DNA from: Zygnema circumcarinatum SAG 698-1b
Taxonomy: Eukaryota; Plantae; Zygnematophyceae
Assembly: GCA_037447605.1 (NCBI GenBank)
Contig: CM074805.1
Span: forward strand, 2,513,361 to 2,577,360
Direction of reading: 5' to 3'
DNA length: 64,000 nt
Position 1 is the first letter of the stretch, and each line of letters opens with the position of its first letter. Both the position numbers and the translations under genes were made by a program. The notes beneath the pieces are model-generated. The model was not told the DNA's origin. It worked only from the letters and a program-made list of their open reading frames with translations, and searched no databases. Shown here one piece after another: positions 12,801 through 26,615 of this stretch.

Positions 12801-15800
12801 GACGCTCACCTCTTTCTGTTTGTGCGCAACTTTTTTGGATGGTTAGTTTTGTCATCTAAGGTTCGAACTCACTAATGACTTTGTGTGTAGGAATTTTCAG
12901 AAATTGAACAGCTCTTTCCCATAGGTTTTTTGCTTAGGCCAAGAGTTAAGGTCAAATGACTTACCTGTGAAATTGTGAAAATCACAGCGAGTAATCCTAC
13001 GGGTTGCACCTCCACCTGTTCTGCGTTCTGCGTTATTCTCATTTTCTCTGGTTGTGATGTATTTTCAGTTTCTACAATTTCCATGCATAGAAATAGATGC
13101 TTTTATTTGGGGAAATTTCTGTGTTTGAGCTGTTTCAAGTCTTCTCTTCTCGATCCACATTCGCTTTTCCACAGTAATGTGCGTGTTTGACTGATTACTG
13201 GATCCTTTTTCCAGCTTGAATCGACGCCGTCAATTCTGCAAAGCAGCAGTAATCATCCACGAAGATTTACCAGCAGGGTGAGCCCTCTCAGATTTCGCTT
13301 CCTCTGCGCCGGACACGGAAGGTTCTATCCTGATGCTGGTTTGTCATACAAATGGGTTTTTTCTCATACTCACAGAGAGGCAATCACGCTGCCTTTCATT
13401 AACACATAGCGATTAGTTGTTTGTCCACATGTGAGAAACCACAAACAAGACCATTCCTTGCTGTGATAAACTTGCCATCTTGGTGCAGGTGGAACCTTCT
13501 AGCAAAACTTCATTTGGAGGGGGGAGAGTTTGAGAGCGTGCATGAAAGTGTTAGCAACGGTCTGCAGGCAGTGGCCCGGCTCGAAGCTCGAACTGGGTTT
13601 CGCATGCGACGACAAAAAATGGAGTTTGGGCTTCTCTCTGGACATGCATATGTGCAGGAAGGGTCGGCTTGCAGCCTAGGGAAGGCTATGGAGGCATTTC
13701 AGAGGGTATTAAAGGTAAGTTCTCATAAGGGCGGGTCATGTACATTCCCTCCTATGACGACTGATGCTTGGAAACCACTAGTTAGCTACAGCGGAGTAGT
13801 TTGAAGCTGAATTAACTTTATCTGTTCGGTTCATTTCTTTGGGCCTCAGGATATGCAGGACAACGGAAGTGAAACGCAGTTTGTGATCTCTGCTTTGAAG
13901 GTACTCCCATTTCCCTCCAAATTCCAGACCTTCTCTACACTTTCATCCACCCCCCCCCTTCCCTCCCCTTCCACCCACAATTCCCCCTTTTCCAGTCTTC
14001 ATCACAATGAGCCGAGCTCTGCTTCAAAAGAGCCTGCCTTTAAAACTGCCTAACGAGCTTTGTCTGGGGGAGTTTTGGCAGGGTTTGGCCATGGTGGCGT
14101 TGGCAAAGGGAGATGCGGCTGGTGCCACGTGTCAGCTTGAGAAGCTTTTGGGAGAGGATCCGTACAACGACTGGGCACTCTCCAAGAGGGGCTTTCTGAA
14201 GCTGGCGGAAGGCAATCTAGAAGATGCCATTACTGATTTTCGGGCAGCAGTGGAAAAAAACTTCGCTGAGGCCCAGCACCATCTTGGTCTGGTGAGGCTT
14301 GTTGTGATCCATTGTTGGTGGGTTTCAAGATAAAGAGAAGGGGAAAGGATATAGTGTTTCGGTTCATTTTATTCTTACCTTGTGTCCCTCTCTTCTCCCC
14401 CTTCCTCTCTCTCTTTCTCTCTCTCGCTCCTGTGTCTCTCGCTGCCTCTTCCTCTGTCTCTCTCTGTCTTCTCTCATTGTCGCGTTGTTTGGCTGTTTTT
14501 TAATGAAACCTTTCAGGCTCGCTCATATTGGGAGAAGGGAGGTCTTTTCCGTACGGACCGAGCAGAGGGAGCTTACGCCGAGTTCTTACAGGCTGCAAAA
14601 CTGGACCCAAAACTGGGGGAAGCTTTCCGCTATCTGGGACACTTTTACTGCCGGGTTGCAAATGATGCTTTACGAGCCCAGAAGTGTTATCAGAAGGCAG
14701 TGCTGCTGGATCCCATGGATAGGGAGGCAGGGGTAAACCTATACCTAGCCCTTTCCTCTGGGCGGCTTTGGAAGATGGGGTCCCACCAAATCCACCTTTC
14801 CTTCATTCATCAGCTGCTTTTGTTCGCATCAATCGATTGTACGGAGGAGGCAGTCTCCACAGCCAGTTATACACCTCTTTGGTGTTTACGTATTTTTGTT
14901 ATTTATCTACATTCCACTTGCGTGCTATGTGTGTGATCGCGGGTTCCCTCTTACCCCTCCCCCCCCCCCTCCTCCCCCCCCTTGCCCATTCCTTGCAGGA
15001 GGCCCTTTGTGAACTCATGGAGAGCGCAGAAGATGAAGAGGGGCAGGAGAGGCTCTGCCGTGACGTGACAGACCGCTCTCCCGGCGCGCAGTGGGCGTGG
15101 CGGCGCCTCGGCCTCGTCATGGTGAGCGGCCCCCCTTGTGCTCACAGCGGAAAAAATAAAAATGGATAGTTCGAAAATATGGAAAAAATGGGTCGAGAGT
15201 AGTCAACCGTTGATGCTTTAGCTCAACTACATTTACATGGAGGCCCGCTTTTTCTTTTTCTACGGCTTTTTTCGGTGCAGATGACTCAGAAACAGTGGGA
15301 GGCTGCACTGCCAGGTTTGCAGCACGCAGTGCGAGGCAACGTGCAAGATTTTGAGGCGTGGGAGGTAAGCGCACTTTCCTTCAGGGGAAATACGTGAAGA
15401 TGGTTGGCGATTCACATCCAAAGGGCATTTTTCTAGTTTCTTAGCCCAGCTTCCCATTCAATTTCTTTTGGCGAGTAGAAGAGATGCTGGCAAAAACTGT
15501 GGACTTCAAAAGTTGTGCAGGTGTGTGCATCTAACGTGTGCATATGCGGTAGGGCGCTGATAAAGATTTCCCGTCGGGATGATGCTGCGAAAACTTTGAC
15601 TGATGATCTGCACCATCTGCACCTGTATGATGTGCCAAAGGCAGAAATCGAATATTTGAAATGGGTTGAAAGTAGCATGATGTACCCATTTCCGCGCATT
15701 TCCCTGCAGGCTCTGGGCTTAGCGTATCAGCGGTTGGGCCGCCTCTCTGCCTCTCTCAAGGTCCGCTTCTCGCGCCTTCCTCATCATAGATCATAGCTCC

Positions 15801-18800
15801 ACTCTCGTTCTCTCGGCTGTACAGTACGCCATGTCTCCTGTCGTTTCTCGTCGCTTCTACTCTGGTTATTTGGGAATTGTCAAACCACCAACACTTTGCA
15901 CAGTTGTTCTTTTCTTGTCTTCCATCGCCTTGGTTCCATGCACATGTTTGTTACTACCTCGCAGGTATCGCCGTTCGATCAAACCTTTCCATTGCCACGA
16001 TTGCCTTCCTCACTGTCACGATACCACTTCAGTTTTTGTGTTTGCTTCCTTGCATCCCTTCTAACATGCAAATAGTCGCACTGTGCCTATTCTCCATCTA
16101 CTATCTTGTTTACGCCAGTCGTTTCTTTCTTCTTTGATTCTCCGAAGGCCCTCCAAACGTTTCCATGCTTCATGCCATGAATGCGAATGCAGGCATATGC
16201 CCGAGTCATAGCATTAAAGGACATTGGAGCAGCTCCGGCATTCGCATGTCTACAGAGCGGAATCATCTATCTACAACTGGAATCCAACCACGAGGCATGT
16301 CTACCCACCCTCTCACCGAACCCCAAAATGATTCCGGACATGTTTCCACTCTTACAGACAGATTTTCTTAGGGTTTCTTATATGCTTTTGCCCCTCCTTG
16401 TCCATGCAAAACCCCTTTGAACTGCTGCAGGCAGCTGAGAGATTTGGAGCTGCTTTGGAGGTGCTACCAGCCCACCCCAGCGCTCTGTGGGGGATGGCCT
16501 CTGCTATGTATGGGCGGGCCCGGGAAGCGGCAGCCATGGCGGCGAGAGCATGGGCCATGGAACTGTTGGAGGTGAGAGGTCCCATGGCGGCTGGGGGGAC
16601 TCCCGCAAGCAACTGGTCCGCCTTCATTCTCTGTTTCTAAAAGATAGGTTGTGGTTTTCAAAATAGGGGGTTTTTTTTTTTTCTTGACCTTTCGGTTCGT
16701 GAGCATTTGAGGTCAATATTCTGTGGTGTGGCAGTTGTGGATGCATTTTTCATGGTGGCGAAGTCGTTGTATTGGCTCTATGAGGAGAGCTGCATAATGT
16801 AATAAACGAGAATGGCGTTGGTGCAGGAGGCAGAGCAATATGTGAGGCGATGTTTGGCAGTCAACGCAGACATGAGTGCTGCATGGAAGCTCCTTGGAGA
16901 TGTGCTGGTGAGAGGCTTCACCGCTAGCAATCCACACCGAAGGATAATAAAGAAGCTAACCAGGAATGAGTGGGATGATTTTTTCCTAGTCCTATGGTGA
17001 CTGGCACTTGCACACACGACTGAGATCATGACTGATATCTCACTTTCCTTCCCGTTTTTCTAAAGTGAGCACAAGCTTTCTGCAATTTCAACCTAAAGTT
17101 TTCAAGCAGGAGGACTTGTCACTCATTAAACTGCTGCAAAACCAACGCATCTGAACATGGAACTGTTGCATGGCTGCTTTGCAGACTGCCCGAGCCGAGC
17201 TCTCAGCCCCCCCAGACCTGTCCCTCCCCTCGCCTCGTTCTGCTGCTGTTCAAGCATACAAACGAGCCCTTCATCTCCGGCCGTGGCAGGGTGAAAACTA
17301 TGCAGACTTGGCTTTAGCCCTGCATAATCAAGCCTTTGAATTTGACGGTTCGGAGGATACAGAGCGAATGCAGGTCATGCGGTAAGTAATTATCACACTG
17401 GAGGACTCCTTGGTGTGTGAAAACGGATGCAGAGGAGAGTTTCCAGTCACTGAATGTGACAGCAAAGCCTTATAACCCTAATGATGTTCAAAACCCTTCC
17501 TTTACCACTGGTCAGGCTACAGGCTTCCCTGCTCTCCTTGTGGCGTGCCTGTATACAGAGGCGCGGCTGTCCGCACAGCTCTGGGAGGCCTTCGCCTGCG
17601 CTGTGCCGATAGCCATCTGTGGACCGTATTGGGGCACGTGGCAGGCGGTCCCGCCTTGCAGCAGCACGCCCTTATCCGCGCGACGCAGCTTGACCCGCGA
17701 AACGCGCGGGCATGGGCCCGCCTCGGCCAGGTGCAGGGTGCCCCTATGCTCTCTCCTTTCAATGGAGGGACTGGGAGCACAATGCCCCTTGGTCCTCCTT
17801 TCAGTGTTTCAGTTTTTGCCCTTCTTTATATTTGATTGTAGCACAGTAGCTTGGTGTGGCTGTAACCAGGGGCTGAACCCCTCCCCTTGTTGTTGCAGCT
17901 ATACCTTGAGCATGGAGAGGAGGACCTCGCTATGAGGGCCATGGCGGAGGGGCGCAGCGTTGACCCGCTGCTTGCCCTGCCGTGGGCAGCCATGGCCAAG
18001 CTGCAGCTGCAGAAAGCGAGGAGAGATAAATCGTGAGTTGGTCTATGCTTTACCTCCATTCTTGCACGGTGTTCTATACTTCATCTCAGTTTGTGTAGAT
18101 TAATGAAGGAAAGGTCATGCGAAACAATAGAAACGGTTTCTATCTGAAAACCAAACGTCGATAACCCTCACTTGAAGTGGAAGATACTTTGGACCAGCTG
18201 TTAAGGATGATCCAATCCTTCATAGTTTGAGCTGGAGAAGTCTGCCTTTTTTTTTCAAGGATATTTCAAGCCCTTTGTGCAGGGAGTCACTTTTGCAGGA
18301 GGCGTATAGGAGCGCCTTTTATGCAGCGCAACAACTTCCGGTGCACTTCTCTCGCCTTTCTTCAATCCTTCACCTTTTCCGCCGATCCCCCTTCTCTCCC
18401 CCTCTCTCCTCCCCGCTCTTTTTCCCTCCGTCACTCTGTTCCACTCTCGTGCTCTCCCTCTCGACCCCTCTCTCTGTCCATCCATCCCCTTTCTACCTTT
18501 TTCCGTCTGTCTCACTCCCTCTCTCCCTGTCTCTCTCTCCCTGTCTCTCTCTCCCAATGTCTGATCTGTTGGGAGGTGCAGATGCCTGCCCTGCAGCTGG
18601 GCTTGGGCCTGCTGTCCGTACTCACGGCCCATATTCACGAGAGAGAGGTATCCTTGTTTTTCTCTGTGCGGATTTCTTGCCTTTGGGAACTTTCAATATG
18701 GACATTTCTTTACAAATTTTGAATCACTTAGTTGATTGGCAGGAGGAAAACGAGGGAACAATTTGTCGAAAGTTGATTGTGATGAGTCTGAAGCTGAAGT

Positions 18801-21800
18801 GCTAAGAATGTTGATGATTTTATGAGGATGAGACAAGGGGAAGGGGGGTGAGAGGAAGAGATAGAATCAGAGGGAGAGTTGAGGAAGGAAAGGGAGGGAG
18901 AACCATAAGAATGGTTGTGGGGAAAAAGAACCCCTCTTCTTGAGGAAATGGGAGAGGGAGAGGGAAAGATGGAGGATGAAGAGAGTTTGGGAGCAACACG
19001 TGAAAGGGGAGAGAGGGGAGAGAGGGACAAACGTGTACTAATCCGAGGAGGTACAAGAAAGTGTCAACAAGGTGATCCAAGCTTTACCTGCAGGAATGCA
19101 ATAATAGCATGTATTGATTTGCCTCCCTTTCCTGCAGGTCCTTGTGGCTTTGAAGCAGTGCACTGCTGCTCTCACGAAGTCAGTGGAAGCGCACTTTCTG
19201 CTGGGTTTAGCTGCGGAAGCTTCCGGGCAACCGTCCATGGCTGTCGCTGCCTTTCAAAAGGCGAAATCGCCTCTCCATGAAAAGGCTCATGGCAGTGGAA
19301 AGCCGGAGGAGCAACTTGAACATATCCAGCAGATAGTCGATATGAATTTGGGTCGAACACTTCTCAAGGTTTGGTTATAACCTAATCCATCATCGTTTGA
19401 TCCATGACCTTTCTGCTTTTCCCCCTTTCTCATGAAGAATTTACCTAACTCAGCCAGTTCTTTATGAAACCATTTCCTTCGTTTAAAAACCCAGAACCAG
19501 ATGAAGAATGCTTCAGCAGCTGCTTGCATTTTTTCGTCCTCTATGAAGCGTGGGCAGAATGCTGCAATGTGTTGCAGGCAGGAGACCCAAAAGGTGCAGT
19601 TGCGGCATTAGAACAGGTGACAGCTCGAGGTCAGCGCTTCCATAGAACCCATCCCCTGCTTCACAACCTCTTATTCACAACCAGAGGGCTTACCTGAGCC
19701 TATTCAATTTCAAAACCCTAATTTTTGCACCGACCTTCTCGCAGGCTCTTTTGCATCCGAGAGCAGTGCTTGGCGTCTCTACGCCGTCGCCTTGTTCAGA
19801 GCAGACCGAGAAAGGGAAGCCATGGCTGCTGCCCAGCGAGCCATTGATCTCGCCCCGGCCCTCTCCGAGCATCACAGCCGTTCATTGGAGCTCCTGCTCG
19901 CTATGGAGTTTAGGGCTGGCCACGGAAAGGAAGCTGCCACGTCAGCCCTAGAGCTGTTCTTTGCGGCCCCTCCTGCGTGCCAGCAGGACGGGGGCCTTTC
20001 TATGGCGGCTCTGGCAGCCGCAGTTGCGGCACATAGAACGGAAGATGTGCAGCGTCTCCTTGTGCGGCACAGGAGTGTGTTCGACTCGGCAGAGATCGCA
20101 GAGAAAGCGTACATAGTGCTTTCGTATGAAAGAATGTTGCAGGTACGCTTCTCTGTGTGGGTCTGGTATTGTTCCGCTTTCAAAGCCTTTTTAAAAAGGA
20201 AGGGTCGTATCCAGTTTTGTCTCTGTTTGCTTCTGTTGGTGTTTATATCTTGTTTTACACCATCCAAAATTAGAAATTGGCATGCAGAAAAGCATTGAGA
20301 ACTGTTCTTTTGTACGGCTATTTGGTTAGATGTCTACTCGCCTATTGCAAGACAGCAGTTGCTTGAATGTGTGAAAATTACAGAACCTTCCCAGATTGAG
20401 CTGGCTATCAGGCCTATCTCAACAATTGTTTGTTGTCCACCTCCAGGGGCATCCCAGAAGACTTCTACAATGATGAATGATGAATTTTAAAACTTCCAAG
20501 AGACCATTTGGCATCCTTGCCATTCAGATTATTGCTAGCTTTGCTGTCCATACAGATGTGATCTGCTACTTCAAGGCTGCGTATTTGTGATCCCTATTGA
20601 TTGACAGAAAGGCGAGGGCGGGCTTCAGGGAAGGGCAGACGAAGCAGGGAAAGTTCTGGCTAAAGCGCTCCATGCAAATCCCCATAGCATCGCTCTCAGG
20701 TAAGATTTGGACGAAAGACTTCATCACCATCAACTGCATAAAACAATGGTCTTGAAATGCGAAAAGTGCTGCTGAAGGTGGATGCTGACAGGCTACATTT
20801 TGCGAACACTTTTTGAAGCGATAGGTCTTTTGCATGTTTGCGATGGTCGATGAATCCACCTACTTGTCACAAGGTTCAAGTCACTGTGTCTCTCACAGCT
20901 TCACTTTGTTGATCTATGAAATTAATCCTGTAATGTTTTACTTTTTTGGCTTTAACTTTTCCTCCTATCCCTCCATAGGGCTGCTGCTGGACGCCTTCTT
21001 TTGGAAGCGGGACGAACCGGTGCAGCTTCTCGCTGCGTAGGAATTCGCAGTTCTGACCTTCAATTAAAGGGCACGAGTGGGAGAGAGTGGAAAGAGCTCC
21101 AAGCTGTTCAAGCAGCAGCTATGGCTGCCTGCAGTTCTTGTGCTGTAGGGGCAGCTCATGTTCAGCATTCCAAAGTGAAGTCTCTTTTATCTCTTCAAAG
21201 GTAGAGGCCTCCTCTCTCTCACTTTTTGGTGTATGAAGATTTCCCTGACGTGGGATTCTGCTGCGTGACCTGTTTGCTGCTGCGCCTAAAGCAAGTGCAA
21301 TTGTTTTTTCCTTCCTTTGTACTTTTCTAATACGAATTCCAAATGTCCATGCCCGAATGACAGAACGTGGCATATGGTTTGAAACGAGAGAAACGCCTGC
21401 TTATCTTCTGTAACTCTCTCACTGCTGCAGACAAATACGAGAAGATCCTGCAGATGCTCGCATCCGCCTACTTCTTCTTCATGTGGGTCTCCGAGAAAGT
21501 GCTGAAAGAGGCCATCCCGCATCCCTTTACCGCGCGTTGCAGCGGCAGAGCCAAGTCCTCCTCCAACAAACAATGGAGCCCTCCTTCCCGCAATCTATGA
21601 AGCTCCAAGTCCTCCTCTGTGCCTCCGAGTGCGCCCTTCGGAGTCGGACATCCATGGCAGCCGCAGAAGCATTGGACTTTGCAAGGAGGGGAGTCGACCT
21701 GGCGGGAGTAGAAGGAGGGGGGGGATGGCTCGCGTTGGCACGTTGCCAAGTGGCACGTTGCCGAGTATGGGCTGGAGATACGTCTGTACCATACATAAGT

Positions 21801-22852
21801 GGTGGCTTGAACAGTGCCGAACCGGTTGCTTTTCTTGGTTGCATGAATTGGCTGGAAGTTGAGAGAAAAAGGGGTAATGTTGGATCTGCCATGGAAGTGT
21901 TGAAGTTCTGCGACAACGTGCGTGCGACTGGAGGTGATGGCAGCGGGTGGAGTGCAGCTCTGAAGGCACTAAAGGCCGCGTGCAGTGCGGCTTTAGGGGA
22001 CCTGGAAACTGCCAAGCTGGCAGTTACTGAGGCGTTGAATTCGGAAGGAGCAAAAGAGTGGGCTGGAGTGCTTCATTTGCTTCATGGATCAATATGTTTG
22101 GAGGAGGTGAGAATCTCTTTTCCCTTTCGAATTGTCTGTGTGAGAGAAGCATTATTTCTTAAGGAAATAGGATGTTACGCAGGAACAGAAGTCTCACTTA
22201 GTAGTACTTTAGGCAGTCAGAAGGCCATGATAGGTTGCTCAGCAGTTTGACTTTTTCCGCTGCCCTTGGATTGTCCACAATGAGGCCATGTCGCAGATGA
22301 AGGGAGGGAATCTTGGTTCCCTTATGATTGGCCGGCGGAGCATTTTGAGAGCGCTTGAAGAGGGAGCTGTGCCCGGCAGCCGAGCGCTGTTGGCGGAAGC
22401 AGAGCTGAGGGCAGCAAGCAAGGAGCGGGCAGGCCGGGCCAAGTGGTTGACTCACATGCAGCAAGAATGGGACCTTTGGCTGCCAGGTGAGCTCTGAAAT
22501 GAATGAATGAATGAATGGTGACCTGTCACTTTGCGATTGGTTCTTCTGTGCTGTTTAGTAATCAGATTGGTTTCTAATTTACCTAAAATTTAGAGCGTTC
22601 CTTTGATGAACTAGTGCTTGCAGCACCATTCTCTTGCAGGTCTTTTCAGCCAGTGCTTATTTTTTCTGTGCAGAACATCGCCCGGCTTGTTTGTATGCCT
22701 CCATGGCGGACATTGTGATGGAGGGGGGTTCCGGTAAAGAGGCAGAGGAAGAAGGGGCTGCAAAAAGGAACAGCGGCCGCATGTGGCTCAGTCGGGCGGT
22801 GCACATGAACCCTTCCCGTTCGCAGTATTGGACAAGACTTCGTACTTTGTAG
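9848..22852 (+). CDS. SKI3: Superkiller complex TPR subunit SKI3/TTC37 (about 25-30 exons)
   Basis: The N-terminus LKSCLRGAREAL..EALKWCKAALKHDKQSYDAYLLVG..AAWR|GLAELH (9848-10090, 11479-) resembles the TTC37 N-terminal TPRs. FLQAAKLDPKLGEAFRYLGHFY..RAQKCYQKAVLLDPMDREAG|EALCEL (~14518-15120) matches plant SKI3. Many further Ala-rich TPR exons have GT-AG boundaries. The last exon ends WLSRAVHMNPSRSQYWTRLRTL* (22852). Confidence 0.92.
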
Positions 22853-23562
22853 TGTGGAGTGTTACAAAGCAGCAAACAACAGTTGAAAAAAAATCAGCGT
22901 TTTGCTTCATTGAAGAATGGAAGGGCGGAATAGAGGCGCCCTTGTTGATGTCCGTTGGAAAGTCAGTTCAGCTGAACTGTTTTTTGTTCATGTTAACGGC
23001 AGGGAACCGGGAACTGCACATTGCTATTTTTCTAGCGCTCCGTGTCTGGGGATCAACTGAAACTTTCACACTTTTCAACGACTGCAAATTGTTGAATCGG
23101 AGCATGAGAATGGACAATCCCTTTTTTATTCACAAAATGAAAAAGGACTTTCTAAAAGTAAGGAGCCGGAGGAGATCAACTCCAAAGGAATGTAAATAAA
23201 GTCAACATTCGATTCTCTCAAAGAATACAGAAGTAAAAAAACGAATTCTCCACTGTTCCTAAATCCTTAATCCTTTCAAAAGCATATACAATACACCAAT
23301 CCTATACCGTGACAAACTCCTGAGAAAAAAAATACCCTATGACGTTAAACGACTCCTGCTCAAAGTTGCTAATCCCAAAAACCCCTGCCGGAGAAAAAAA
23401 GAAATGTAATGCAGACCAAGCGCTTCCTTTCCCGAAACTTCAGCCCTCCAGGTAGCTCCCAAGACTGCCACAAAAAAAAATTCCTATTCATCCGACACCA
23501 ATCATAATATGACCCTTTTCTACACTATGTATCACTTGCATGCACGGCCACACGCATCCCTC

Positions 23563-25924
23563 CTACTCGCTATCCCTGAAGCAATCGTGAAGACACTGAA
23601 CGTCCGCTCCATCTATCCCACACGATGACAAAGAGGCGTCTGTCAAGTCCGAGCCACAGGAGTCACACGGACACTCGGAACCAAACATGCCCCACGTATC
23701 AAAGGACGAGGTGTTTCCGTCAAGGGTCAGACTACGGTGAGACCGAGGGTATGGCTTGTAGCGTTCCACGTCTTGGGCAAGGCCGTCAGCAGCAAGAGCA
23801 CAACGCCCCTCCCAGTCATCCTCCTCCTCATCCTGCTCGCCAGTACTCCATACGTCAACAAGTGAAAAGGGTCTTTTGCAAAAGGAATACAAAAACTGTG
23901 AATCAACCATTATCATTTAAGATGGTAAACTGGTAATCTCCTAACTCATAGATGATGCCTTTTGCGATGAAAAGCAAAGGGAGCGATTCTCACTTGCTTT
24001 GCTGCAAGAAGTAAAATAGCCATTTCCTTGCTCAATTGCTCAAAAACTGACCGCTCCACGAAGGACTGCTCAGACATCCATATGCTTTGTTCTGGCAAGT
24101 ACATTTCTCGCAGCGCCAGGAAGCGAGAGAAGTTTGAGCGGTCAGAGACTACCACAAGCTCCACAGGATCTCCTCTCACGATCGCAATTGAAGAAGGATC
24201 AGAAACTTCCATCTGCCAAAAACCATGACCCTCCCCCCCTGTCATTAAATGCGCTCCTTCAATCGGCTCAGGTAACCCCCCCCGACGACAAGTAAGTGCA
24301 GACTCTTTCTGTTTCGAGGCAACTAACTAGTTAACAAATTTGCCGACAGACTTGCTACCATCAAAATTTTGTGGAAGGCCTTAAAGGAGTTCAAAAAAAA
24401 AAGGGGCTCGGGGGGAAAATCAGGCGACTGGGTAAAGTCTTGAAAGATAAGCACCAACGAAATGCAGCAGCAGATTGGAAATGCAAATTGTTGAAGTCTA
24501 ATAAAGTCGCAGACTGGCTTGGACGTTTTAGAACCTTTACCATAGTCAGGCTAGACTGCCAAGGGCAGAGGGCTTAGTCTGAAAGTAAACCAAAGCTCCG
24601 CCGTAGGCACATATAATGAACATGGGTCGTTACTGGTGCTATGAAGATCAGACGACTCATGCTTATCAAATCGCATGCTTGAACAGGGAAACATGGAAGC
24701 ACGCTAGACAGGACCTTCAACTTAATGGCTGATGAGTACAATTCACTAGAAGAAAGCAAAGGGAAAGCAATACCCTGGTGACACGCAACAAAAAGCCGCA
24801 CACAGGCATAATTCAATAGCAGTCAGTCATACCTCCACTTCAGTTCCACTGCCATCTCCAACTAGTACACGAAGAGATCTTTTTTGCTGTCCTTGATACT
24901 TCATTTCTCGGGCTTCCAGAACCCTTGCTCTCCATATACCTGCTTCAAGTTGCCTTGAATGAAGAAATAAGTACATGAGTTTTCACTTCAGGCTTTATTA
25001 AGCATCTGCAGAATTGCGACGGTTGCTCTCATGCGCTCATGCGACTCCATGCAGCACCAAGAGTTAGTTGCCTTGACTGCCGCTTCATCCAAAGATTGAC
25101 TGACTTCCTTGTCTAAGTCATTCCAAGTGAAAAGTGATTTTTGACGCAATCAACCTAATATCTGCACTGATATTCTCCGAGTAGAACCAATACCAGTTTT
25201 TGTGCTAAAGCAGATTGGCTGATTAACCCAACAGCTTGGCATGCGATAACTGTTTTTTAAGTCGCAGCGCCTTTAATCGAGTGTACGTACAGTGACTAGC
25301 TCAATGTCAATCTTGCTCCCACAGAGAAAAATAATATGGCAAAAGTCTACTCGTCTTGTTAAATATCTTTCGAGAAAACGGGTTCTCATTACCTGCATAT
25401 TTGTATTTCAACCGCAACAGTGCATTGCCTCTTGCGGCTGACAACATCGGAGACCAGGCCCAATAAAGAGCAGAAATTGTGGTGAGCAGAATATTAAAAT
25501 TGTAAAAAATTGCAGCACCCGTTACTGACACAACAGCTCTGCGCAGCCATGTCGCTGGACCGCCGAGCTGCTGCAGGACCTGCTCGCCCGTACCCGAAAC
25601 CGGCAAAAGCATTGCAAGAGCTTTCCCTGAAACAGGAATGACTGCTGGAGGGCGATGAGAAAGACGAGAATTAGGGTAACATTCTGATGATATTGCTTGC
25701 TCTCGAAGGCCTCGATACGCTGCTGCTATCGGCATTCCACGAGCATGTCTGAAAGACCATCGTGATTTGAATATATTGAAGGAAATTGAGGCAGCTTTCT
25801 GCCTTAGGGATGAACATCTACGGGCTCTAGAGAAATCATTGCTTCCAATATTGTGGCCGAAAGGAGGCAAGCTTTCATGAGAGTCGAAAAGGACGATTGC
25901 ATTTCTGCTCAGGATAGAGGCCAT
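23563..25924 (-). CDS. Predicted plastid-targeted membrane protein resembling a conserved cyanobacterial protein of unknown function
   Basis: Exons 25924-25393, 24939-24833, 24212-23994 and ~23834-23563 splice in frame. A Ser/Arg-rich ~90-aa leader is followed by IPVSG..LLPVSGTGEQ, a hydrophobic hairpin ending LYWAWSPMLSAARGN, then KYAGIWRARVLE..LRVLVGDGSG and GDPVELVVVSDRSNFSRF..MYLPEQSIWMSEQSFVERSVFEQL. This order of motifs matches my recollection of a cyanobacterial family (YWLWGPV..RN..YSGFWRGRVLDV..LEVGDETG..IYIP..LWVS). The last exon acceptor is uncertain. Confidence 0.8.
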
Positions 25925-26100
25925 GGTTGCCCCTGACTAAGCGATAGCTATCTGGCCCCTGCTCCCTTCTACCATGGTTACCACTTTATCTACTACAGAA
26001 ACACATTCTTGCATGCCCCTCGTTCGATAACAGACAGAATTCCCAGCAGACTCGCCCGAATCTGGATCGAAAAGCAAATATCTCGCCACAAACACTTGCA

Positions 26101-26161
26101 AAATTGCATTCCAGCACCTCTCCGTGCTGGAAAAATTGCATTCCAGCACCTCTCCGTGCTG
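26101..26161. repeat. 32-bp tandem duplication; the complete first unit carries a 9-bp hairpin
   Basis: AAATTGCATTCCAGCACCTCTCCGTGCTGGAA at 26101-26132 is repeated at 26133-26161. Stem TTCCAGCAC/GTGCTGGAA. Confidence 0.9.
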
Positions 26162-26615
26162 TTAGTAATGCCTTATCACATATGCATATCCTGTAATTTG
26201 CCGCCACTGTCCCCCCAAAACTGCTCTCCCACGCCCAGCCCGCTCCGGCCCCCCGTCTCTCTCTCTCTCCTCCCTGCTTCCTTCCAAGGGGAGGGGGGGA
26301 CCGCGCACACAAAGGGGGCCACGTGGCGAATTGCCATTGGGTCATGGGAAAAGCGTGACCCAACGGCCAACAGCGAACGGCTTTGTGTAATTGGCCATTA
26401 AACGGGACTGTGCTTCAAGGAACGCACCCCCCTCAGGCAGGGGCCTCCCTTCCCAGTCCCACTTTCTGGGAGAGTTCTCGTGCGAGGGCGGAGCAGGGCA
26501 GACGGTATTTGCAAGAGCAGCAAGGAGGAGGAGAAGGCGAGGAGGAGGAGGAGGAGGAGGAGGCAGAAGGGCGGGTTCTCACATGGTGTAGAAAAACTGA
26601 GTGCAAATTGCAGCC

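Noticed and set aside
18648-19137. Donor GTATCCTTG in SKI3 resembling a U12-type 5' splice site
   Set aside because: No TCCTTAAC-type branch point lies near the acceptor at ~19137, so it is treated as U2-type.
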